DNA from: Trichlorobacter lovleyi SZ
GTDB taxonomy: Bacteria; Desulfobacterota; Desulfuromonadia; Geobacterales; Pseudopelobacteraceae
DNA: 32,000 nt
Assembly (NCBI RefSeq): GCF_000020385.1
Contig: NC_010814.1
Coordinates: forward strand, 1,020,001-1,052,000
Direction of reading: 5' to 3'
Part shown: positions 18,379 to 27,683 of the stretch, in pieces
Layout: every line of letters begins with the position of its first letter
Position numbering within the stretch: the first letter of the stretch is position 1
Position numbers and translations under genes: made by a program
Notes under the pieces: generated by a model
What the model was told of the DNA's origin: nothing
Database searches by the model: none
Seen by the model: only the letters and a program-made list of their open reading frames with translations

Positions 18379-19344
18379 ATGTCGGATCGTTATGTCCAAC
18401 CGTTGCGGATGCTGGTGCAGCTGGCCTTTCTGGGGCTCTCGCTGCTGATCGGCTTCCAGTTCTACCGTTTTATCGAGGCGGTCCAGCAGGGGCTGGATAC
18501 GGTCAGCCGTCCTGCTGCTGTTGATGCCTTTCTGCCGATCTCCGGTCTGTTCGGTACGGCAGCCTGGCTGAAGGGGGGGGGCATCAACCCGGTCCATCCG
18601 GCAGCGGTGGTGATCTTTGTCACCATCATTGCGGTGTCGCTGCTACTGCGACGGGCCTTCTGCTCCTGGATCTGTCCGGTGGGTACGGTCTCGGAATGGC
18701 TCTGGAAGCTGGGTTTTAACAAGCTGCAGCGCAACTGGCTGCCACCCCGTTGGCTTGACCTGGGACTGCGCGGCATCAAGTACCTGCTGCTGGCTTTTTT
18801 CCTCTTCAGCACGGTCTCCTGGTCCCTGGCGATGCTGCAGGGCTTTCTGGGCAGCGGTTACCACGCCATATCAGACGTCAAACTGCTGCAGCTGTTCCGC
18901 TCACCCTCAATCACCACCCTGGCGGTGGTGGGGCTGCTGGTGGCCCTGTCCATTCCGCTGCGGAATCCGTTCTGTCGTTTTGTCTGCCCCTACGGTGCGC
19001 TGTTAAGCCTGGTTTCGCTGGCCTCACCGCTGGCAGTGCAGCGTGATCTGAAGAAGTGTGTCTCCTGCGGGGTCTGCAGCCAGGTCTGCCCTTCACGGAT
19101 TGATGTCATGCATGCGAACCGGGTCAACAACCCGGAATGTCTGGGCTGTTGGCGTTGTATCAGCCATTGCCGGGTCAATACCGCCCTCAGCATGCGGGCC
19201 TTTGGCAGGCTGGTGGTGCCGGGGATCGTATTTGTTTTGCTGGTTGTTCTGCTGTTCTGGGGAGGAACCCGGCTCGGCAAGGCCAGCGGGCATTGGAATT
19301 CTGTGGTGACACCGGCTGATTACCGGGAGCTGATGGCGAGGTGA
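18379..19344 (+). CDS. Polytopic membrane 4Fe-4S ferredoxin-type protein (NapH/MauN/YccM-like)
   Basis: Two CxxCP motifs (CSWICPVG, CRFVCPYG), plus CVSCGVCSQVCP and CLGCWRCISHC cluster motifs, with several TM helices. The ATG at 18379 is preferred over the GTG at 18316. Confidence 0.82.
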   Translation: MSDRYVQPLRMLVQLAFLGLSLLIGFQFYRFIEAVQQGLDTVSRPAAVDAFLPISGLFGTAAWLKGGGINPVHPAAVVIFVTIIAVSLLLRRAFCSWICPVGTVSEWLWKLGFNKLQRNWLPPRWLDLGLRGIKYLLLAFFLFSTVSWSLAMLQGFLGSGYHAISDVKLLQLFRSPSITTLAVVGLLVALSIPLRNPFCRFVCPYGALLSLVSLASPLAVQRDLKKCVSCGVCSQVCPSRIDVMHANRVNNPECLGCWRCISHCRVNTALSMRAFGRLVVPGIVFVLLVVLLFWGGTRLGKASGHWNSVVTPADYRELMAR

Positions 19345-19354
19345 GATGATGCTG

Positions 19355-19387
19355 CTGCTACCCGGACTGCAGCAGACCGGGTAGCAG
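19355..19387. terminator. Hairpin between convergent genes
   Basis: ctgctacccgg (19355-19365) and ccgggtagcag (19377-19387), an 11-bp perfect stem. It lies between the Fe-S membrane protein stop and the deaminase stop. Confidence 0.55.
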
Positions 19388-19404
19388 GTTCCGTTGTAAC
19401 CGGT

Positions 19405-21314
<1,910 letters not shown>

Positions 21315-21426
21315 AGGGGGCTCCGCTAGCCTGCTGTCGATGCTTAGTTGGTTGTGTGTGTCTTCAGCAAACGGGCATGAGGTTGAACCGCCTAAAGCGA
21401 CTCTTGTTGATGGATCAACCGAAACA

Positions 21427-22995
21427 TTATGGTTTTGTTTGCCCTGACAGCTCTGCCGCAGCTGCCCGTCCCGCCACACGGCCAGTCATGATGGAGGTTC
21501 CCAGGAATGTTCCTTCAAGTGAAGCCTTTCCATTGACACCGGCGAGGCCGGTCAGTTCGCCAGCGGCATACAGGCCGGGAATGTGCTTTCCCGAGTCATC
21601 TAAAACCCGACAGGACCGATCGATAGATACGCCACCCATGCTCTTACGTGCCAGCGGGTAGAATTGTACGGCGTAAAAAGGCGCCCGTTCGATCCTGTTC
21701 GGATTGGACCAGGGGGTCCGGCAGCAGCCGATGCGGCCAAAATCAGTGTCGCTACCAGCAGTTACCATGGCATTCCAATGATTCACGGTTTCAGTAAGTA
21801 TCTGCGGGGGAAGTCCCGCAGCCACAGCCAGCTCTGCTATAGTCGGTGCAGATTTTACGAACCTGCTGTTTTGTTGATTATTGAAAAGCCCCTCTTCGAT
21901 TGACTCCCGGCTCCAGCCGGATATGAAAAAACTGTTGCGGGCCGCACTGTCGAATATCGCCCAGTAGGTGCCGCCGGGCTGTTTGATCAGTTCGGGAAAT
22001 GTCATCCTGGTGTCTTGAGATTCATTTACGAAACGTGAGCCTGCCTTGTTGACCCAGATCGATTGCTGACTGAAAGCGTTCAACCCTCGCGAACCGGTGA
22101 TATCGGATGGGCTTTGCAGCCCGGTGGCGTAATTCCACTGGTACTGCATGTTGAACAATCGGGCGCCTACGGCCTGGGCCATTTCATGGCCTGAGCCCGT
22201 GGCGTTTATTCCGGCACCTTTCAGTATCCGTTCAGGAAACGGCTGTCTTTCAGGCCAATATTTTTGCACCATCTTCATATTGCCCTGAAACCCGCCTGTT
22301 GCCAGTATTACGACCGGTGCAAGATAATCGATAGATACGTTATCTTTGAGCCGTTGTGCCCGAATGCCTGAAATCCTGCCGCTTTTACCCCTGATCAACG
22401 AAAGCGCCTTATGTCCGTAGAAAAACGTTACCCTGCTGCTTTGCTTGCAGGCCCGGTGGATCGGTTCGACCAGTCCTCTTCCCTTGCCGATAACCTTATG
22501 CCAGCGCGGCACACTATTTCCCGGCATAAGGACCGCGCTCTTCTCAAAAGTGACGCCCAGTCCAGTAAGCCAGTCGTAGATTTCATGGCGAGACTTGTTG
22601 GTGTAGTAGCGCACCCATTCGACATCGGGACCGGGACCGCCCTGATCACTACCATAGGTCATGAAATCTTTAAAGGCGATCTGCGGTGAATCAATGATGC
22701 CGGCCTTCGCCTGCTCCGGTGTGCCTACGATGCAGAGTGCCCCCTCGCTCATCGTCGCGGTCCCGCCATAGAGAGGTTGCATCTCAATGACGGCAACATC
22801 AAAACCTTTCTGCGCCAGTTCCCAGCTGGCAGAAAGTCCCGCTATGCCGGCACCGACCACGATGGCATCATGCTGTTGTCCTTTTTCTGCTGCCAGAATA
22901 ACGGTCGGAGAAACCATGACCAGCATGATGGCAAAGAGCATTACGTTTCTGATGGTCTTTTTAGACACCTTTTGAAGTATTAGTGTATCGATCAT
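21427..22995 (-). CDS. Exported FAD-binding flavoprotein (FAD_binding_2, flavocytochrome c / KstD-like reductase subunit)
   Basis: Signal-peptide-like N-terminus (KVSKKTIRNVMLFAIMLVMVSPTVILA-AEK). Dinucleotide fold VVGAGIAGLSAS. C-terminal IPGLYAAGE...GRVAGRAAA typical of the family. Confidence 0.85.
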   Translation of the reverse strand: MIDTLILQKVSKKTIRNVMLFAIMLVMVSPTVILAAEKGQQHDAIVVGAGIAGLSASWELAQKGFDVAVIEMQPLYGGTATMSEGALCIVGTPEQAKAGIIDSPQIAFKDFMTYGSDQGGPGPDVEWVRYYTNKSRHEIYDWLTGLGVTFEKSAVLMPGNSVPRWHKVIGKGRGLVEPIHRACKQSSRVTFFYGHKALSLIRGKSGRISGIRAQRLKDNVSIDYLAPVVILATGGFQGNMKMVQKYWPERQPFPERILKGAGINATGSGHEMAQAVGARLFNMQYQWNYATGLQSPSDITGSRGLNAFSQQSIWVNKAGSRFVNESQDTRMTFPELIKQPGGTYWAIFDSAARNSFFISGWSRESIEEGLFNNQQNSRFVKSAPTIAELAVAAGLPPQILTETVNHWNAMVTAGSDTDFGRIGCCRTPWSNPNRIERAPFYAVQFYPLARKSMGGVSIDRSCRVLDDSGKHIPGLYAAGELTGLAGVNGKASLEGTFLGTSIMTGRVAGRAAAAELSGQTKP

Positions 22996-23037
22996 TTGTG
23001 AGCCACCCCTTGGACCGGTAGAGTTGTGTGCTGAAAA

Positions 23038-23535
23038 TCATGGAATTTTGAAGCCAAAAGAGTGGCACTGCAGGCAATAATTTTCTGATTTGGTGTGCTG
23101 GTGATGACAGAAGTTGCAATCGAGTTCCGTCCCGTAATGCGGAGAGAAATGAGGATTTCTCGGTTTGACGCCTTTTGTCTTTTCCGCAAGCTTTGTCGTG
23201 CTGCCATGACAGGCAACACATTGCTCCATGGTCGGAACTTTCAGGTCATGGTCCTTTCCATGACATTGTTCACATCTGATGTTTGCCAGCAGATGATAGT
23301 GGCTCCCCGGCAGTTTTTCCCGTATATCCCTGTTCTCTTTGGTATGACATGTCTTGCAAGACTGAAGATTCATGACTTTGGTATCCGGGTGCGCCTGCGG
23401 CAATTTTCTGACGTGCCCATGACATCCGGCGCACTCGCCGCCACCATATTTTGCCTGTTCTCTTTGGGCAGCAATGCAGGGCTGGCTGAATACAACCGCC
23501 GTCATGACACAGAACAAAACCGTTGCTGGAATCAT
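23038..23535 (-). CDS. Multihaem c-type cytochrome, six CXXCH motifs
   Basis: Signal peptide MIPATVLFCVMTAVVFSQPCIAA. Haem motifs CAGCH, CKTCH, CEQCH, CVACH, CNFCH and CLQCH within 165 aa. SD AAGGAGGA. It ends 42 nt upstream of the flavoprotein gene. Confidence 0.9.
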   Translation of the reverse strand: MIPATVLFCVMTAVVFSQPCIAAQREQAKYGGGECAGCHGHVRKLPQAHPDTKVMNLQSCKTCHTKENRDIREKLPGSHYHLLANIRCEQCHGKDHDLKVPTMEQCVACHGSTTKLAEKTKGVKPRNPHFSPHYGTELDCNFCHHQHTKSENYCLQCHSFGFKIP

Positions 23536-23587
23536 TATGCAACTCCTCCTTTGTGGCGCGGGCGCCGTTTCATAGGACGATCACGAG

Positions 23588-23594
23588 CTGTTTC
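23588..23594. repeat. Target-site duplication, left copy (CTGTTTC)
   Basis: An identical 7-mer directly abuts both IS ends (23588-23594 and 24808-24814). Confidence 0.8.
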
Positions 23595-23621
23595 TGTACT
23601 GAGATAGTATTCACCTGACAG
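23595..23621. repeat. IS left terminal inverted repeat
   Basis: tgtactgagatagtattcacctgacag is the exact reverse complement of 24781-24807. A subterminal 11-mer cccttgaatgg (23651-23661) is also inverted at 24768-24778. Confidence 0.92.
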
Positions 23622-23709
23622 TTGGTCATTTTCTAGGGGTGGCCATACGGCCCTTGAATGGATAAAGATGAAGTTGCTCAGACTAAATCTTTCCATCAAG
23701 GAGACCAGT

Positions 23710-24759
23710 ATGACCACCGCAGAGAAAGTATCACGAAGAAAGCTCAGTTTGCTAGACCTGGCCGCTGATCTTTCAAATGTCAGCAGAGCCTGTAAGCTTA
23801 TGGGCTATTCACGGCAGCAGTTCTATGAAATCCGTCGTAACTATCAGACGTATGGCTCAGCAGGCTTGGTTGATCGGCTACCCGGTGCCAGAGGCCCACA
23901 TCCTAATCGTGTAGAGGAAGCTGTTGAGCAGGCTATTCTGGATCATTGCCTGGCTCATCCCTCCCATGGCCCTGTTCGGGTTGCCCATGAGTTGATGCTT
24001 AAAGGAGTGCAGGTCAGTTCTGGAGGTGTCCGTGGTGTTTGGAGCAGGCACAGCCTTCTGAGCAAGCATGAGCGGTTTCTCCGGCTTGAAAAGAGTGTCA
24101 GAGAGCAGGCGTTTGAACTGTCAGATGAACAGATCCGCGTCTTGGAGCGTTTTAGCCCTGAGTTCCGTGAGCGTCACATTGAAACAAAGCATACCGGCGA
24201 TCTTGTAGCAGTGGATACCTTCTTTGTCGGCACCCTGAAAGGCGTCGGTAAAGTCTATCTGCAATCAGTCATTGACTGCTACTCACGCTACGCCTGGGGC
24301 AGGCTCTATACCAACAAACTGCCGGTCACCGCTGTTCATGTACTCAATGAAGACGTACTGCCGTTCTTTGAAAAACATAACGCCAGGATCAGCACCGTCT
24401 TGTCAGACAACGGCAGAGAGTTCTGCGGCAGACCAGACAACCATCCCTACGAACTGTTCTTGCAGCTTGAGGAAATTGAACACCGCACCACCAAAGTAAG
24501 AAGGCCACAGAGCAACGGCTTTGTCGAACGGCTACACAGAACCTTGCTGGACGAGCATTTCCGTATCATGGGACGCACCAAGTGGTACGAATCGCTGGAC
24601 GAGATGCAGGCTGATCTGGAAACCTATCTCAAGACCTACAACTATAACCGCCCACACCAGGGCAGAAACATGCTTGGCAGGACACCGTACACAGTTTTCA
24701 TAGACGGCTTGCCAAAGAACGACGATTCAGATACTGAGGACTACAAACTGGCAGCGTAA
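23710..24759 (+). CDS. IS481-family DDE transposase (rve integrase core)
   Basis: N-terminal HTH (LSNVSRACKLMGYSRQQFYEIRR). DDE context VAVDTF ... LSDNGREF ... SNGFVERLHRTL. The ATG at 23710 follows AAGGAG. Confidence 0.92.
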   Translation: MTTAEKVSRRKLSLLDLAADLSNVSRACKLMGYSRQQFYEIRRNYQTYGSAGLVDRLPGARGPHPNRVEEAVEQAILDHCLAHPSHGPVRVAHELMLKGVQVSSGGVRGVWSRHSLLSKHERFLRLEKSVREQAFELSDEQIRVLERFSPEFRERHIETKHTGDLVAVDTFFVGTLKGVGKVYLQSVIDCYSRYAWGRLYTNKLPVTAVHVLNEDVLPFFEKHNARISTVLSDNGREFCGRPDNHPYELFLQLEEIEHRTTKVRRPQSNGFVERLHRTLLDEHFRIMGRTKWYESLDEMQADLETYLKTYNYNRPHQGRNMLGRTPYTVFIDGLPKNDDSDTEDYKLAA

Positions 24760-24780
24760 ATCACAAACCATTCAAGGGCA

Positions 24781-24807
24781 CTGTCAGGTGAATACTATCT
24801 CAGTACA
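24781..24807. repeat. IS right terminal inverted repeat
   Basis: ctgtcaggtgaatactatctcagtaca matches the left inverted repeat at 27/27 positions. Confidence 0.92.
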
Positions 24808-24814
24808 CTGTTTC
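24808..24814. repeat. Target-site duplication, right copy (CTGTTTC)
   Basis: See the left copy. Confidence 0.8.
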
Positions 24815-25097
24815 AGTATTCCATGCTGATTCTCCCGACCGGACAGACATGACTGCAGAGCGAACAGCCGGTCAATCTCCGCAGCATTGATTTGTCTGAG
24901 TATAGCGTGGCATCACCAAAGAAAAATCTGCTTTTAGTATCTCACCCAAAGGGAATTAGCACATTTGTTGTATCTTTCCTGTTTTTCTCTGAGACCTCTG
25001 TGCACTCTGTGGCAACAGCTTTATTAGTTTCAACTGTCTGAAGTTCTTTGTGGTATTTGCGTCCAGTGGCGGCGATGCTATCGGCAAGCGGTCCGTT

Positions 25098-25622
25098 CTA
25101 TAGTCCCGCCAGATGCCTGGCCGTATTGACATTTCTGATGGTCATGTACTGATAAAGTCTGTGACCAATTATCTTGTTTAACTGGCTTTTGTTGTAGTTT
25201 TCCCGTTTAACATTCCATATCAGCGCTCCGGCGGTATATCTGACATCAAGGAACTCTCGTCGTATTGGCAGCTCGTTGATACTCTCTTCTGTATCGGCCT
25301 TGTCAAACAGGTATGCGATATCGGTACGTTGCTCCGTATCATTTTTCCAGTTGTCCGGGATTTGCGCAGCGATCTGCGCCAGTTGATCTACTGTTTTTAC
25401 CAATACCGATATGTTTGCGCCGGTCTTCTCCCGTAAACCGGATTCAATTTCAGTCACCAATAGCTCTGGCGGCTTGTTTGACTCAAAAATGACATTACCA
25501 GAATTAATGTACGTCGATACATTGCCGTAGCCATGTGTTTCAAATAATGATTTCAGGCTTTTCATCTCAATTCGATTGTTCTTGCCGACATTAATTCCAC
25601 GAAGCAGCGCTACATACTTCAT
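25098..25622 (-). CDS. DUF1697 domain protein
   Basis: N-terminus MKYVALLRGINVGKNN..M..L is the hallmark of DUF1697. Length is ~175 aa. The gene has low G+C. Confidence 0.85.
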   Translation of the reverse strand: MKYVALLRGINVGKNNRIEMKSLKSLFETHGYGNVSTYINSGNVIFESNKPPELLVTEIESGLREKTGANISVLVKTVDQLAQIAAQIPDNWKNDTEQRTDIAYLFDKADTEESINELPIRREFLDVRYTAGALIWNVKRENYNKSQLNKIIGHRLYQYMTIRNVNTARHLAGL

Positions 25623-25659
25623 ACGGTATCCATTCTCCGGTTGTTTTTTTGTTTTTTGT

Positions 25660-25787
25660 CCCCCTCCTTTCTTTCAAGGAGGGGTTAGGGGTGGTTGCCT
25701 TTGATTTTCATCAATCTTAAGGGTAAAAAAGAAGTCAAAGCCAAAACCTGACCACCCCCAGCCCCTCCTTAACTACAGGAGGAGGGC
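25660..25787. repeat. Composite palindromic intergenic element: two SD/anti-SD hairpin units in inverted orientation
   Basis: Hairpin 1 is cccctcctt-tctttc-aaggagggg (25661-25684). Hairpin 2 is gcccctcct...aggaggagggc (25761-25787). The outer arms are taggggtggt (25686-25695) and accaccccca (25751-25760). The two ~37-nt units match at 18/20 over their 3' parts. Confidence 0.6.
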
Positions 25788-25874
25788 TAAAAACATGTGT
25801 CTCATGGCTTGCAACCGCACAACGAGTAGAGGGTACAACAGGTACAGCCGCTTTTGATGGCTGCGTAGTGGATG

Positions 25875-26447
25875 TCATTGAACAGCCTTACCAATTCTGT
25901 CCCAGCGAACTGACATAGTGGTTCTATCCCATGACCAATAGATTGATTTGACCGTCCCTTTGATTTTGTCTTTAGAAACAGTGCCCCAAAAACGACTGTC
26001 ATAGCTTCTGTCGCGATTGTCACCCATTACAAAAAAGGAAGCAGCTGCAATTTTTAGGAGCGGAAGATTGTCACGTGGATTTTCAGTTGCCGGGAATATC
26101 TCTTTTTCCTTATGCACAACGTAAGGCTCATTAACGGCTTTTCCATTGATAAGCAGAATTTTGTCTTTTATCTCAACCGTATCACCGGCTACAGCAACAA
26201 CACGTTTTACGAAATCTTTTGACGGATCTTCAGGATATTTGAAAACTATCAGGTCTCCTCGCCTGGGGGGCCGTGCAGCCTTGCTACGGTCAACCAAAAT
26301 ATGATCTCCAACGAGCAGGGTAGGCTCCATACTTGCTGCTGGAATCTTGTACGCCTTCACAACATTTTCTCTGATATACAATGCCCCTGCTACAGACGCG
26401 ATACCTAACAGCAAAATTGCGCTAATCAAAATAAACTTGTTGATCAT
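25875..26447 (-). CDS. lepB: Signal peptidase I (S26 family), short form
   Basis: N-terminal TM anchor. Catalytic Ser box SMEPTL, Lys box KRVVAVAGD, and GDNRDRSYDSRFWG. Confidence 0.92.
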   Translation of the reverse strand: MINKFILISAILLLGIASVAGALYIRENVVKAYKIPAASMEPTLLVGDHILVDRSKAARPPRRGDLIVFKYPEDPSKDFVKRVVAVAGDTVEIKDKILLINGKAVNEPYVVHKEKEIFPATENPRDNLPLLKIAAASFFVMGDNRDRSYDSRFWGTVSKDKIKGTVKSIYWSWDRTTMSVRWDRIGKAVQ

Positions 26448-26459
26448 CTGTTTGACCCC

Positions 26460-26903
26460 CTAGGGTTTAACTGGCATGGCTTTGACCTGCCGGGTTTTCG
26501 GGCAGGTCGTGCCGCTGGTTAACAGTTGTTGACTGGCAATTGTCCAAACTGTTTCTGGGTATGATAGATAATATACAGAGGTGAATCCGTAGGCATTGCA
26601 TAGCATTTCACTTGTCAACGATGCCTTGCCGGAGTTGTAAATCCGATTGCTTACAATCAGCAGCCTTACATCTGAAATCTGGCTTCTATACTTCACAAGT
26701 TTTTTTGCTTTTTGAGTTATAACACGTTCAAGAAGGCCCTTATCAAGAGACGCGATCCAACCAACTTGGTCATCAATATAAGTCCACCTGTGGTAATTTT
26801 GGAACTGCTCCGGAAGCCTCGTAATATAAGCCACACATCCGTCATATGGTTCTAATCTCACTTGATCAAAAACTGATAAATGACTGGCTTCATCTGACAG
26901 CAA
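26460..26903 (-). CDS. Hypothetical protein; possibly a 5'-truncated remnant
   Basis: The only available start is a TTG at 26903 with no SD. The same frame stays open upstream to the stop at 27055-27057 with no ATG/GTG/TTG. It ends 12 nt before the lepB start. No family recognised. Confidence 0.45.
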   Translation of the reverse strand: MLSDEASHLSVFDQVRLEPYDGCVAYITRLPEQFQNYHRWTYIDDQVGWIASLDKGLLERVITQKAKKLVKYRSQISDVRLLIVSNRIYNSGKASLTSEMLCNAYGFTSVYYLSYPETVWTIASQQLLTSGTTCPKTRQVKAMPVKP

Positions 26904-27014
26904 ACGAGAGAGATGTTTTTGTTCTTGTCGATCAATGTAACCTAGAACATTTACCTTGATCGGTATACTGGAGCACTCGTAGTAAGTTCTGGCTAACTCT
27001 GGAAAAGTTTGTGG

Positions 27015-27068
27015 GGTCAGGCTTGCCTTTTTGCTATTTGCTGAAAAGTCAATAAGTCAAGCCTGACC
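27015..27068. repeat. 11-bp perfect inverted repeat downstream of the VOC gene
   Basis: ggtcaggcttg (27015-27025) and caagcctgacc (27058-27068), 32-nt loop, no U-tract. It coincides with the point where the upstream open frame of 26460..26903 ends. Confidence 0.5.
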
Positions 27069-27093
27069 TCATCTGAGCCTGAAGGTTACGGCT

Positions 27094-27579
27094 TCAACCT
27101 CGCCGCGCCGCCTCAATTGCTGCAATGTCGATCTTTTTCATCTCCAACATCGCATCGAAAGCACGCTTGGCGGCGGCAGGGTCGGGATCAGATATCGCTT
27201 TGGTCAGAGCGATTGGCGTAATCTGCCAGGATAGCCCCCATTTGTCTCTGCACCAGCCGCAGACATTCTCTTCGCCGCCGTTACTGACGATGGCGTTCCA
27301 GTAACGATCTGTTTCAGCCTGGTCAACGGTTGCGACCTGAAACGAGAATGCCCAGTTGTGCTTGACCTCCGGGCCGCCATTGAGCCCCAGGCAGGGAATT
27401 CCCATGACCGTAAATTCGACCGTCAACACATCGCCTTTTTTCCCGGACGGAAAGTCTCCGGGCGCGAGATACACCGCACCAACGGATGAATCGGGAAAGG
27501 TCTTGGCATAAAATTGTGCAGCCTCCTCGGCATCGCCATCGTACCAAAGGCAAATCGTATTCTTTGCTTGTTTATTCAT
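27094..27579 (-). CDS. VOC-superfamily protein, PhnB/YjdN-like (3-demethylubiquinone-9 3-methyltransferase-type domain)
   Basis: ICLWYDGDAEEAAQFYAKTFPDS ... NGGP ... CGWCRDKWGLSWQITP matches the PF06983-type pattern as I remember it. SD GGAGGG. Confidence 0.85.
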   Translation of the reverse strand: MNKQAKNTICLWYDGDAEEAAQFYAKTFPDSSVGAVYLAPGDFPSGKKGDVLTVEFTVMGIPCLGLNGGPEVKHNWAFSFQVATVDQAETDRYWNAIVSNGGEENVCGWCRDKWGLSWQITPIALTKAISDPDPAAAKRAFDAMLEMKKIDIAAIEAARRG

Positions 27580-27655
27580 GGCATCCCTCCGAGTCTATGG
27601 ACCTTCCTATTGTTTACTCAACCAGATCCGGGCGGTTCTCACGGTACTGAGTCTG

Positions 27656-27683
27656 ATTATAGCGTGCCATACTCAATAATCAA
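27656..27683 (-). promoter_or_regulatory. Candidate sigma70 promoter for the VOC gene
   Basis: On the minus strand: TTGATT (27678-27683), 16-nt spacer, perfect TATAAT (27656-27661). It lies ~75 nt upstream of the ATG at 27579. Confidence 0.4.

Larger units (their letters stand above)
23595..24807 (+). mobile_element. Intact IS481-family insertion sequence (1213 bp)
   Basis: Perfect 27-bp terminal inverted repeats with TG...CA ends, a single DDE transposase ORF, and a flanking 7-bp direct repeat CTGTTTC. Confidence 0.9.

Noticed and set aside
21315-21426. Looked for a purine riboswitch upstream of the hydrolase-add pair.
   Set aside because: I found no resemblance to the conserved purine aptamer core (the UAUAAU...loop-loop...CCGACUA pattern), only a short palindrome.
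25802-26023. 73-aa ORF on the minus strand overlapping the 3' end of lepB in another frame.
   Set aside because: It overlaps a well-supported S26 peptidase gene, has a Cys/Thr-rich odd composition, and has no SD.
24895-27672. 21-nt direct similarity (tctgaGtatagcgtgGcatCA vs tctgaTtatagcgtgCcatAC, 18/21 by my alignment) flanking the DUF1697-lepB-ORF-VOC block, considered as attL/attR of an integrated element.
   Set aside because: A rough estimate gives several 21-mers with 3 or fewer mismatches expected by chance among all position pairs in 32 kb on two strands. There is no integrase and no tRNA, and the longest exact run is only 9 nt.
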